The notes beneath the pieces were generated by a model. That model ran no database searches and was not told the origin of the DNA. It saw nothing but the letters and a program-made list of their open reading frames with translations. Shown here one piece after another: positions 48,406 through 60,020 of a stretch of 64,000 nucleotides of DNA (the first letter of the stretch is position 1; every line of letters begins with the position of its first letter). Origin of the DNA: Fistulifera solaris (taxonomy: Eukaryota); the NCBI GenBank assembly GCA_030295235.1, contig AP026132.1:62001-126000 (forward strand). The letters are read 5' to 3'. The position numbers and the translations under genes are program-made.

Positions 48406-50029
48406 AGTACTAAAAATATATTTACTTATTTAGCTTCGATATAGTATTGTATAGGCTTAAATATCGAAAAGTCATTACATTGACAAATGCTACAAAAATG
48501 TACTATCTTTGATTCCCGTTTCTTTGACCCTTGTCCGAAGTAATAATGTGACTGTGGATTTTAAGTACAATGGGAGACATAGTTAACTTCGTCCCTGCAC
48601 CGTGTAATTATCACGGCAAAATGATCGATCTTTGCATGTCAACAACATAATCAAAGTATGGTCCGACCTTTGGCCGTCATTGCAAATCTTTCTTTCTTAA
48701 TATTTCAAAACAATTTAGTATCACGGCCAAGGGTCGGACCATACTTTCGTATTAAGGTAGGCCCACTAAGGTCAGCCTTTTGTCGTGCTGTTACGCGGTG
48801 AAAAAATCGCAGCAGCAGCGCAAAAGGGTCTGACGACGGACAAACGTTGGTTTAAGCGGTGAAACTATCAACGGTTGAAAACAGACATATCTTCATCCCA
48901 GGGTTTCTACTTACTCCTATGCTAGGACAATCAATGCCTATCTCAGCTTTTACTATGTCCGGTTTGTTCGATCTAGGCCCGAACAGAAATCGATTAACGC
49001 ATCACCCCGGTCACAGACCGACTTCGTGATTGAACAATGTCTTATGTAGGATTTGTACGTGATACCAAGACGCGAACCGTGAATACAGCACACTAAGTTC
49101 CGTCTGCCAGAAAAAAACGAAAAAATCGGCGTGACTAAAACGTGTGACTAGATTTTATTTTATTTTTCCTCTCAAGGGAAGGGGGTTGAATGGCCAATGC
49201 CTAAATTTTTTGACTGATGTAAGTGACGTCTCTAGCTAGACTACAATCGCAAAAAAAATGATGAGGTCGATTCTTTGCTTGCCGTAATTTTTACGTAGGT
49301 TTTGTACTTTGTACCAGAGGGTGCAGAGAACTTTTTTCGTCGCTTAACCATTAGTACAAATAATGGACTAAATGGCTAATGGCCCAACGGAATGATGATT
49401 AATTATCCCACGTGGGATCGCATGGTGACCGGAAGACTTACCACCAACTTCTTGACCACTAACGATTAATGTAACTCGATTGTAATCAAGCATAATCTCT
49501 AAAGCTACGTAACACAAGGGGAAAAGAGTGTCGGTTCTCTGTTGAAGTATTATTTTATCCAGTTTTTTCGATCTCTAAAGAGGCCCGAACAGATATCGAC
49601 TAAGAATACCGTACTGGTAATCATCATCTTCTCGGTATCCCAGTTATAGGAAACAAATCCGTCCACTGTGCAAAAGAAAGTCGTGCGAGGAGGTGTGACT
49701 GCGGCGTTCCAGTTATACCGAGCAGCTAGGGGCTGGGGCCACCAACTTCTTGACCACCAACCTGTTTTATTGGTGTAAGGGCTTCTCGAAGAGAATTTTT
49801 GGAAAAGTAGCTCGATTGAAGCCAATCATCATTTATTACATCCTGGGTCGAAAATCAACTGAATTTCGACTCAAAAGACACAAAAGCTCAAGTTCGTGAC
49901 TAATGATTGGATTAAATCATGAAAACGTATTCTACATGTCGCACCTTATAGTATCGTCGTATTTAATCAATCTTAGTTGAGATGGACTGCAAATGTTGCT
50001 CTAGATAGCGTGTTTTGATCATCTGACAG

Positions 50030-50682
50030 ATATTCTGTGATGGTCCAGAAATTCTATCCCAGCTCTATCGACTTTACCGACGTGCTGTGCACGTTCCAAA
50101 ACCTCATGCCGTGGTGTTTACGGATCATAATGACATGTGGAACACTTTTCCCGCAGTCCTGGACACGCTGATTTGGATCACAACGAAAGAAAGTGGACGT
50201 TCCAGAAAATCTGGAAATTGTTCTATTCTCAGACAGTAATTCTGTGATGGTCCAGAAATTCTGGACCAGCTCTATCGACTTTACCGACATGCTGTGCACG
50301 TTCCAAAACCTCATGCCGTGGTGTTTACGGATCATAATGACATGTGGAACACTTTTCCGCAGTCCTGGACACGCTGATTTGGATCACAACGAAAGAAAGT
50401 GGACGTTCCAGAAAATCTGGAAATTGTTCTATTCTCAGACAGTAATTCTGTGATGGTCCAGAAATTCTGGACCAGCTCTATCGACTTTACCGACATGCTG
50501 TGCACGTTCCAAAACTTCAGGCCGTGGTGTTAATGGATCATAACGACATGTGGTACACGTTTCCGCAGTCCTGGAGACGGTGATTCGGATCACAACGAAA
50601 GAAAGTGGATGTTCCAGAAAATCTGGAAATTGTGTTTTGATCAGACAGAAATTCTGTGATGGTCCAGAAATTCTGGACCAGT
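50030..50682. repeat. Satellite C: 206-207-bp tandem repeat, ~3.2 units
   Basis: attctgtgatggtccagaa at 50032, 50239, 50445, 50651. Confidence 0.95.
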
Positions 50683-50879
50683 TCTTGGTTTTTTCGGTTT
50701 TTCGATTTTCGATCCCACCGAAATGCTGTGCACGACAGACCGCTAATTATAGAGTGTGTACTGGTATGACAAAAGTGACGACGGCGGTATTCTGGTGCGG
50801 CGGTTCCTTTCTTGTTGCTTGTTGATGGTTGTAGATCGGTCAAGCTTCATTGCATTATTTCATTTTTCGCCAGGCAAAC

Positions 50880-51903
50880 ATGATGGCGGCGGGTCGTTCG
50901 ACAATGTTGCGTCTCTATTCTGTGACGACGACGACGCGCCGCGTTGCTTGCTATTATTCAACACAATCATCACACAATAACCAATCAAACAAGAAGGACG
51001 ATTTGCAACACGCGATTCAAATGGTACGAACGTACGATCCGGCGGGTTATTTGCCCGGTCAATTGCTTCCCACAAGCACCATGCAAGAAGGATATTATGC
51101 CGTCCGGAGTTTTTGGGTCGAAACGGGCTTACGAAAACAATCCTCCTTTGGTAGCATTGCAGTCACATCGCCTCAGGAATATTTGAACGCCTGGAAAGAT
51201 GGTATTACTGCTGTCTTCGATGACAACAACCGAGACGAATTTTTGTCACATCCCACATTACGGCTTTTACATTCCTTGCGTCCCCATTTTCCCTCCTCGG
51301 ATCCGTTTTTGCAAGTGTTGGAGGCCCGGCAATACGAATTAGAAAGTCCCCAATTTCAAACGTTAGAAGAAGTGAAACAACACGCCAGACGATCGTGTGG
51401 GAATTTGTTGTCCTTGGTTCTGTTCACGGGCGACAAAACACCTTTCACCCGTCCGTACAGTCATCAAGCGGCGCAGTGTTTGGGACAAGCGCACGGTCTC
51501 GTTCAAGCGTTGCGGACCAGTATTCCCGTCTTGTCGAATACGGGACGATTGTTGTTGCCGCAGGATTTGTTGCAACAAGAAGGTGTCGCGAGTCCACGGT
51601 ATTTGTTGTCGGCCTTGAGTCAAGGCGATGAAGCGGGGACGGCGGCACTGGCGCGGGTCGTGGAACGCATGGCGGTGGAAGCGCGACAGTCTCTTCACAA
51701 AAGCACGACAATGGCAAGATCAAGTCCGGGAGGAATCGTCATCGGCCGTTTTGTTGCCCAGTCATGCCCTGGAAACGTATTTGGATCGTTTGGCGGCGAA
51801 ACAATATCGTCTCACGGATCGGAGTCTGCGGAATGTGAGCTGGATGGAACATGCGCAATGTTCGTTTCGCATGATTCGTGGTTACTACAATCGGACGTAT
51901 TAG
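50880..51903 (+). CDS. NDUFAF6: Squalene/phytoene-synthase-fold complex I assembly factor 6-like; frameshift ~51700
   Basis: Mitochondrial-type presequence, VRxYDPxGY, HPxLRLL, lxDxE-like region, LxxALR..P, LP...LLP; an extra A in AAAA links to ORF 51628-51903. Confidence 0.72.
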
Positions 51904-52210
51904 ACACAGAAAGAGAAGATATTCGAATGGCAAGTCTCCTTACTCGCCGCCACGCCTTCCGTTAACCAACCAACCTTTTTTTCATTACAAACGGTCCTAG
52001 CTGTGTTCGGTGTTATTCAGGTACTTTGCAGAGATGTACGCAACCTCGTGATTCTTTGTGGATAAATTCAGGGTCCACGTAAAGACAACTTGCTACGGAA
52101 CTATTATGGAAGCAAAACAAAAATCATCATTCATTCGGTTATTATATCGTAACGGTGAAGAAAGGACATAGTTTGATCAAGAATATCTCTGCAAACAACC
52201 ATACACTCCT

Positions 52211-53318
52211 TCAACCTGACGTTAAGTCACAATTGTATGTTGGCGACGTGCCAAAACGTTCAATGAGTATGTCGACTGCTCCTGGCACCCGGTAAAAACA
52301 AACTGTACAGTCCTTTAGAGCGTGGAATACTTCGGAAGGATGGCCCAGAGTAGGACCATCGGGTAAAGGCTGTCGGACAAGAGGATCTGGACGTACAAGA
52401 GGTTTTGGATCAATAAGAGCAGGAAGCATGGAGGGATTATTGGTGTGAATCATGTTCAGTAGCCATTTGCATTGGTCTCGTTGACTTTCAAAGTCTTCAC
52501 GAATAAGTGCCTTGATCATTGCATATTCTTCTTCGGTGCGGCCTTTTTGTTTCCAATGCACGGTGAAAGAACTGCACAGCAGCCTCGTGGGCTGCTACGA
52601 TTCGAAGTTTTATGATAGCAAGTGCGACGAGAAATGGGGCTCTCACCTCGTGCGGATTTCTTGTTGAAAGAATACCCTCGATTACATTCGAGTATCGACA
52701 ACCGGGTTGACGGTGATAAACCCATTCCCCTTCGCTGCTCGGCCAATTTTCACGTACCGCGGTGACTTTCAAAGCAATAGCGCTGTCTAAATACATCCAG
52801 GTGTGAATGAACGTATACGCATCGTCGTCCCGGTTTAGGGACAGTAGAACGAAAGGCACTTGCAAACGTGTCCCGTAGCGGTCTAATATGCCCAACCGGA
52901 GATGCTCCAAGTGATGGTACAGACACAATTCCCAAACCTCTTTGACATCATGGCTTTGAGTGGCGGCGCCCCAATACAACCTCGCCAAGTCGTGGGTAGC
53001 TTCCAGGTATGGCAACGCGCGTGGCACGCTCCAAAAGTTTCCAACTTCTGTTTCAAAAGCATTTCCCTCAGGCGCGGAGCGGAGAATTTCTGCCTCATCT
53101 TGGACTCTCTTTTTCGTTTCGTCGATATACACACAGACGGTGCGATGCGTCGCGTAGTGCTGCTTTTGGCAGGTTTTGTTGCAATACCAAGCTACAAAAC
53201 AACGTGAGCATCGCAACAAAGTCGTACTAGGTGTTTCCATGCACTGTGAACAACAAGGCTTTTCGCGCAAATTAGGATCCCTTCCATCGTATACGGGAGA
53301 TGGGGCTTTGTCGGCCAT
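52211..53318 (-). CDS. MYND-type zinc finger protein (frameshift ~52540)
   Basis: CSQC...CSRCxxAWYCxxxCQxxHxxxHxxxC; second ORF 52211-52561 continues the gene. Confidence 0.8.
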
Positions 53319-53736
53319 TCTACTGGTCTATTGATTTCTGATTAATATTATACGGAGTAGTTCCTGTTTTGTGATGGTGACAAAGCGTTGTTTTAAAGCA
53401 ATGACAAAGAATTATTTTTGGCGCATCGTGGGCGCTTCACGGAGAAGCCGGAGTCTTTTCGTCTACATAAACTCTTGACGCGGAGAGTCTCGACTCTAAG
53501 TATCATGGAACGCTCATGCTGGCTTCCATTAAATAAGGAAACACACACATCTGCTTAAATTGCCTTAAAGTTAGACGCTTGACAAACGAAGAATGAAATT
53601 ATGTTATACTTTCTTAGGTTTATTGTATCGAAGAGACTTGGTTCGTCGACCTATTTATGTATAATGTTTTTACGCTCTAAACGATAGAATGAATCCTTAG
53701 CTCCTTAGCTTTCGTTAAATTGCTCCTCCGCCTACA

Positions 53737-54405
53737 TTACATGATATTATGATTCGCCAATTCATCTCCCGGCACTTTATGATCTTCTGGCATTCCTTGT
53801 GCTTCATAAACAGCTTCTACAATCATGCGTTTGGCTTTGGTACCTTTACCTTTGAGACCAATGTACGTAATTTCTGTTCCTCCATTCTCTTCGTCTTCGT
53901 CGTCATCATTGCTGTTATAATTGGTTTCGACGTATATACTAAGTGACGAAATATTTTGAAATCGCCCCGCCGGACGACAAGGATAATCAATCGTTCCTCC
54001 TTCCACGTGATGCGGTGGCAACAATTCCAAAATCTGTTGCGGCGGCAAATCATCGTGCATCATGTCAAAATCCAAATCTTCTCGATTCGTAAACAACCGT
54101 ATCTTGCGCGGAGCGGCGGTACGATTCGTTGACGTAGCAGTCGTGCAGATGCAAATGGACTGGACGGTCACTGCTTCCGTAAACGGAATCGTCAATAACA
54201 ATTCCGGATCGTCCGATGGCGACTGCAACGAAGGTGTCGAGGACAATCGGTCCTCGTGATATTTGAGAATTTCTCGTCCACTCCCCGGCACGACTTCATT
54301 GAGACAGATCACACGAGGAATATCCATATATTGTCGCAAACTCAATCCCAAATCATCCGTGTGATCGTGATCGTGTGAATGGCCTTGACATTCGGGAGGA
54401 TCCAT
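53737..54405 (-). CDS. PITHD1: PITH-domain protein
   Basis: HSHDHDH N-terminus, CLNE, SxxDDxELLLxIPFT, PRKIRLFxNR, FQNISSL, TEITYIGLKG, VYEA. Confidence 0.88.
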   Translation of the reverse strand: MDPPECQGHSHDHDHTDDLGLSLRQYMDIPRVICLNEVVPGSGREILKYHEDRLSSTPSLQSPSDDPELLLTIPFTEAVTVQSICICTTATSTNRTAAPRKIRLFTNREDLDFDMMHDDLPPQQILELLPPHHVEGGTIDYPCRPAGRFQNISSLSIYVETNYNSNDDDEDEENGGTEITYIGLKGKGTKAKRMIVEAVYEAQGMPEDHKVPGDELANHNIM

Positions 54406-54641
54406 TTTGGGGGGTCGTTATGAGGAGTCAATGATTGTGTATTGTGATGATGTTCTGAGGTTTTGCTGGCGTATAAACACGGTAACTGCTTCTCTCGGGC
54501 TTTGTTTCGTATAAGACTACAAGTAATTGCTTGCAATATTTGTTGTTTGCTGTTCGTTTCTTGGTTTTTTGCCCAACAGAAGATACACATCATGGTTCGC
54601 ATCGCATGATATAAGATATAACGCGACGCTCGATAAACCAT

Positions 54642-54718
54642 CTCCGGGTTCCCCTCTGTCGATAAATTTCCTTACGGGGGCCTACGTGAAATACACGTAG
54701 ACTTTTGAAGTGTTTCAT
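54642..54718 (-). repeat. Solo copy of the satellite-B core
   Basis: Reverse complement: cttcaaaagtctacgtgtatttcacgtag...ggaaatttatcgacagaggggaacccggag. Confidence 0.85.
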
Positions 54719-55278
54719 CTGTTGTCTTGTTCGTGTTGGTTGTTTCAATTGATGCCGAATATTCTAGTGTATGGACTCTCTGTATGCCTGTTGATGGCTG
54801 TTGCGATGCAAGTTGTCGATGTCGGACCTCAATTTGTATTGAGATCGACTTCGATAAGTTTCGATTGCAGACTGCATCGATAAAAATCCTACGATGGCTA
54901 GCTGCATTTTCCGTAGAGTTTCGATGCGCTGTATCTTGCATTTTTTCTGTTTTGATTTCAAACTGCATGCAATCATCGTTTACTAGTGTGAATGAGCGAT
55001 GTAAGTTCAGGGCTTAATGACATTGCTGTCAAACAATTCGAAGGTTACGTATTCAATGGAAGGTCAAAATTCAGAAGCCCTCTTTCGTTATTAATGCTTA
55101 ACCCTAAACTTCCCGGCCTCACTCACAGTAAGGTTATACAAGTAGACGCCTCCAAAAAGACAGATGATGCGATGATGATTCATGATTCGCAGTCGTTGAT
55201 ACCAAAAAGCTTTTCTTCCTATTCGTCTATTTATTTTGTTCTTAGCAAATCACAATACCCTACAACTATAATTCAAAA

Positions 55279-55638
55279 ATGTCCTCCATTCCCGGATCCG
55301 CACACGTCAACTTGTCACTCGGAGGACTCGTCCTCGCCGGCGGTATCGTCGGTTACGTCAAAAAGGGCAGTCGCATGAGTCTCATTTCGGGCATCACCGT
55401 CGGTTCTCTTTTGTTGGGTTCCGGATATTTGATTGCCAAGACGGATCAAGTGTACGAAGGACACGTCTTGGCGACGACCACTTCTTCCATTTTGGCGTTG
55501 GCCATGGGACAGCGCTTTATGGCGACGGGGAAATTCATGCCCGCCGGATTGGTGGCGGCGCTCGGGGCCGGGGCGTGTGCGTACAATTATCACAAATCGA
55601 AAGAATGGGCTCCCGCATCATCCGTGAAGGAGGAGTAA
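55279..55638 (+). CDS. TMEM14: TMEM14/FAX-family small membrane protein
   Basis: GGxxGYxKKGSxxSLxxG, MGxRFxxTGKFMPAGLVA. Confidence 0.92.
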   Translation: MSSIPGSAHVNLSLGGLVLAGGIVGYVKKGSRMSLISGITVGSLLLGSGYLIAKTDQVYEGHVLATTTSSILALAMGQRFMATGKFMPAGLVAALGAGACAYNYHKSKEWAPASSVKEE

Positions 55639-55842
55639 TTGATGTGATTACGAACGTCGTGTTGGAAGCTCTGGGAGGCTGCAGTATCGACGTTCATGTG
55701 TTGCCTGGTAACGACACGTCTCAAATACTCCGTATTACTTTCGTGCAGGATTTCAAGGCAAACAAGGCACGAAGGGAACAACATCAATTTTACATAATAT
55801 ACTTTGTTAATTGGATTTGCCAGAAATTACAGATACTTTCGA

Positions 55843-56421
55843 TCACAGACTCACAGTGTCCTGATATACAAGTGTGTCGATGAAACCAGGAAAGCCCGAA
55901 AAGGTCACCCATTCGTCAGTGCCGAGCAGAAAGCTACCCCTGTCATTATCAACATCGATTTCTTCCTCACTCGAAATGGTGGTTGGAGCCGCCGTCCCAT
56001 TTTCATCCTCCGTTTCCTCTCTGAGTAGAAATCTAGCCCAGGAGAACGATGGGCTTTCCAGTCTCTCGCTGTTTCGCTCGGCCGAAAGAACAATACGATC
56101 GGGAATAATATCGTCCATTGTTAATCCGTCCATGATTGATTCCCAATTTGCTTCGTCTAGTGTTGCTGACTTGGACGAAGATGACGAACTCAACGTAGAA
56201 ACATCGTCGGCAAAAGCTGTTGGTGGTTCGACGACCGTTCGACTTCCTTCTGTTGTGCTACGGGTAACTGCTGCGTATTGTCTATTCAAAGGATGATCCT
56301 TGGAGAAAAATGAAGTAGATTGGAGTTCAATGGGTTGCGTTGTCAGTGGGTTGGAAGCAGCAGAACGTGCCTTGGCCGTCACCAGGACTGGTGTGCATGA
56401 ATTGACACTGTAAAGTCGCAT
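55843..56421 (-). CDS. Hypothetical protein
   Basis: 192-aa ORF with Ser/Thr/acidic composition; no motif recognised. Confidence 0.5.
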   Translation of the reverse strand: MRLYSVNSCTPVLVTAKARSAASNPLTTQPIELQSTSFFSKDHPLNRQYAAVTRSTTEGSRTVVEPPTAFADDVSTLSSSSSSKSATLDEANWESIMDGLTMDDIIPDRIVLSAERNSERLESPSFSWARFLLREETEDENGTAAPTTISSEEEIDVDNDRGSFLLGTDEWVTFSGFPGFIDTLVYQDTVSL

Positions 56422-56931
56422 GTTGAAAATTATAACAATATGTTGATGTCACCCGCTCAATTGTTTCCTTCAGCGTGGAAAATGTGGGACGCTAACGTGA
56501 TTGGGGTGCTCGAGCCTCCCATGTTGTAGAGAACGCACTCGGAGTAGATAGCAATCGTGAAGCACCTCTTGTGTGCGGTTCATGTTACTCCCCACGCCTG
56601 CAGACAAGTCAAAATAATAATGAACTTCTATTCCGGCGATGTGGCGAAGTTTGTTAACAAAAAGTGGCATATCATTGTTTGCGATGTTGGCTTGGCAGGT
56701 TTTTTGGGTAGAGGTAATATAAACACCACCTGGGTCACGGTACGCGTCGACATCACATTCCCATATTTTCTGGGTACGTGTCGACAACAATTTCCAGATT
56801 TTCTGGGTACTAGAGTACGAACGTAGTGTCGACATCACATATTATCATTGCCAAAATTTCGGCGTGGATGCATCAGTTTGAATAAGCACAGGGAATGTGT
56901 TGTTGTTATCAAAAGTGCAAAGCAGCAAATA

Positions 56932-57729
56932 ATGATAATGAGATTGCTTCTGACTTTGTTGTGTTGCTGGAGTATTTCTGGCTATCAGCCTTCGCAACGT
57001 AAATCTTCATCGGCATCGCTGCCGATCGATGACGCTGCAGGCGTTTTACCAATTTCTTCGCGACGACGCTTGTTCGGTCAGCTCACAACGACTCTAACGG
57101 CAATTTCGGTGCTCACTACTGCCCGACCTGCTTTCGCGGCTACTTTTACACCCGGAGGTACATTGGTCGATCGACCCGTCGGCGTCACCATCAACAATCC
57201 CGAAGCATCCCCAACGCGCGCGTTTGACAATAGCAACGTCTTGTTCCAACAAGATTATTTCTTCAAATTCGGAACGGCCGCTCCTTGGATTGATGAAAAC
57301 AATCGGTTGGAGTTTCCAACCCAAATGCCGTTTGTCCGAGTGCAACAACGCTACGATGCTTTGCAGAAATATGGGACACGCGTGCAACGTGGTTTAGAAC
57401 AAGTCGAGAATTTATTGTCAACAAAGAATACAGAAGGAACTGAGTTGGAAGCCGATCATCCCATTTACGCGTTACGTGCACTCGGATTGTTGGCGAATAG
57501 TTTCTGTGCGTCCGAAAATACGGGGACGACCAACGAACTCTTGTTGGCGCGGTATTATGTCAATGAAATTTATCTCGGAATCAACGATATTCGGATGAAT
57601 CCTGAACGAGCCGAACAGGCGCATCGATCGTGTCTCAAAGCGGCAAACTCTTATTTGAATATGCTGAATCGAGTCATTACGCCGAAGGTGGGTGAGCCCT
57701 TTGTTTTGCTAGATATCAAGGATGCTTGA
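56932..57729 (+). CDS. Putative thylakoid-lumen protein (signal + transit + Tat signal)
   Basis: Signal ending ISG-Y, SRRRLF twin-Arg, hydrophobic stretch, AFA cleavage site. Confidence 0.78.
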   Translation: MIMRLLLTLLCCWSISGYQPSQRKSSSASLPIDDAAGVLPISSRRRLFGQLTTTLTAISVLTTARPAFAATFTPGGTLVDRPVGVTINNPEASPTRAFDNSNVLFQQDYFFKFGTAAPWIDENNRLEFPTQMPFVRVQQRYDALQKYGTRVQRGLEQVENLLSTKNTEGTELEADHPIYALRALGLLANSFCASENTGTTNELLLARYYVNEIYLGINDIRMNPERAEQAHRSCLKAANSYLNMLNRVITPKVGEPFVLLDIKDA

Positions 57730-57856
57730 AGACAAGCGCGAAGTAGTGAAAAACAAGTTCATATGCTAAGGAGTTAAACGAACCATTAATCACGCAAGGT
57801 CTTTCTATTTAATAGTTATCTTTGTACAGTCTCTATTTCGGGTGTCGCAACTCAGT

Positions 57857-58483
57857 TTAAACGAGGAAACCCAAGTCACCGCCGTTTTTCTTGGCCAATT
57901 TCACCAAATTCGTTCGTAACGTCCGAGGTGCTTCGGCCAACCATTCCTCCATGTCAATGGATCCATTCTCGTCACGATCGGCACGGGCAAAGATACCCTT
58001 TAGTTGTTTTTCCTTCAAGAAGGCACCGAATCCCAATGCTTTTAACGCGACGACGAGTTCGTCTTCTTCAATGACACCATTCTTGTTGATATCGGCCAAT
58101 TCAAACAATTTTCGCAGCATCGTTTGACCGAATTCTGTTTCCGCGGTATCCACGAAACGACCAATAACGTCCGAGTGAAGGGAAATGGCGTTGCCGCGGA
58201 TCTTGTTGAGACGTTCCTCTCCCAATACGCCCTTGGCGGCAAGAACAACGGGAGAGAAGATGCCGTTCTTGTGATGATCATCCGCTTTCTTCTTGGGTGC
58301 ATTCTTTTTGGGTGGTTCTTGTGGAACTAAATTGTGGTCGTGGTCAGCTGTGGCCACAGAAGAAAAGACGATGCTGCTCGGTGGTGCAACCACCGAATGA
58401 GGTCGGATCACAAAGGCGGACGACATCATCATGGCGGAAGAAGCCATGATTGTCGCAATCAGATTCAGGTTTTTGCGGTTCAT
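57857..58483 (-). CDS. Plastid-targeted EF-hand protein
   Basis: SSA-FVIRP presequence; two canonical loops DINKNGVIEEDE and DRDENGSIDMEE. Confidence 0.88.
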   Translation of the reverse strand: MNRKNLNLIATIMASSAMMMSSAFVIRPHSVVAPPSSIVFSSVATADHDHNLVPQEPPKKNAPKKKADDHHKNGIFSPVVLAAKGVLGEERLNKIRGNAISLHSDVIGRFVDTAETEFGQTMLRKLFELADINKNGVIEEDELVVALKALGFGAFLKEKQLKGIFARADRDENGSIDMEEWLAEAPRTLRTNLVKLAKKNGGDLGFLV

Positions 58484-59431
58484 CGTGTTTGTTTTGTAAA
58501 GAGGAGTATTTGTAAAAGAATAATGTTTGTTTTGCAACTGGTTTGTTTTTGTGAGAACAAGAACAAAAGGTGAACCGAGGAAGCAAAATCGCTGAATATT
58601 GATGCTGACGGAAGCTTGTTGTTGGCGAAACACGAGCCAGAAAAAGTGCTCACTTTGTGAGAAACTGACTCATCCGCTTCCGAAATATGACGCCTTCCTT
58701 CCCATTTCCAATTCGTGAAGTCGTGAAGGTTCATCGACTATTGAGCATTATGCAGGCAGCCGTCTGCAGTTGCGGTTCGGATTACGTGGAATGTACACCT
58801 CAGTGCGGATTATCGACAAGTGTTTCTATTTTTTTTTTTACTTCTTTGTGACTCTGATTCAGAAACAAGAAGAGGACACGTCAGATGTAGAGTGCAACCA
58901 GCAGTAGGATTTTTCTGAGTAATACTCGGTTAGACTTCTCTCGCTGTTCCTCACGCTTCCATGCCTTCGTCACCGTGCCAAGCACGGAAAGGCGTGCAAA
59001 GTGCAAAATGAGGATTATATGTTATGGAAACAAAAGCTAACAATGACACAACAACATGGAAATCCTACACGGGATTTATCTATTGACTCATGACCATCCT
59101 CTAGCTCGTTTCTCACTCATGCGCATCGGTACCCAGTCTTTAAGTAAAATTAATCGTTACATAGTCACACCCGTTTCACGATTCCTCTCGCGTTTGAAAA
59201 TTCGAATTCTGACTCCGCGCTTGCAGTTCACTCATCACTCATCACTCATCAGCGTGTCTGACACACGACAAAGCAAGATCGGCATGATGATGTTGAAAAT
59301 GGTCAGCAAAACGGAAGGAATAAGCATGAACGAGTGATGGCTTGTGCCAGCCATGGTTTCATAATCCATTGCGAATACCTTGCTTCCATCACATCTTCAT
59401 AACAAGTCTTCACAAAAAAAATATCAGCAAA

Positions 59432-59902
59432 ATGACCTTGATTTTCTTCATCACTTTACTCTTTTGACCCTTCACAGAACATCTGGTTTCGTGTCAACGG
59501 CGCCCAGAAATAGGCACGCATTCGGTTTTTTCGGCTGTCACGCGCCATGAAGAAGGACGCCCGGTTCCAGTGGTTATGCATATACAAGAACTGCTTGGTC
59601 GGCACCGCTGGCAGCAGCTCCAATTGGATCATCATTCGCACTTGATTGTTGGTCTGGAAAATGCCAATCCCGAGTTCGGCCGCAATGTTTTGTCACAATT
59701 ATTTGACTCGAGTGCCACTCCTGGCATGAGTGAGTCGCAACTGGATCGGGCACTGCGTTCCCTGGGATATGTCTGGTTGCGTCAACAACAACTGAACAAA
59801 GTATTCCCTCACGCAAAAACGGTCAAGGCCCGTGATCTGAAGCGTCTTTTGGTAGGAAATCCGCATCGACTGAGAAATGCGCTCCTCAACTTGGCGGCGT
59901 AA
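59432..59902 (+). CDS. Divergent paralog of the EF-hand protein lacking both Ca-binding loops; 5' end disrupted
   Basis: LG..R...H..I...A..EFG...L..LF....L..AL..LG...L...QL...F....P..LR..L..LA aligns with 57857-58483; in-frame TGA soon after the ATG at 59432. Confidence 0.55.
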
Positions 59903-60020
59903 TCCATTTTTGAAGGTTATTGACGCGAAAATTGGCATCGTAAAATTAACTGAATAACTAGTAGTGTAATTTGTAAAGTGAGCAATGATTATCTTTGTCT
60001 CTGTTCTTGTTATTTGTGAA

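Larger units (their letters stand above)
47251..48921. mobile_element. Non-autonomous TIR DNA transposon (1671 bp), 52-bp TIRs, 7-bp TSD CTAGGAC
   Basis: Left TIR cataggagtaagtagaaaccctgggatg...ccgtt (47251-47302) matches revcomp of 48870-48921 with 3 mismatches; ctaggac at 47244-47250 and 48922-48928. Confidence 0.92.

Noticed and set aside
50054..50453. ORFs on both strands in satellite C
   Set aside because: Translations of tandem repeats with frame-breaking unit lengths
56470..56838. 122-aa minus-strand ORF
   Set aside because: Begins in a short tandem repeat in a divergent intergenic region; no recognisable domain
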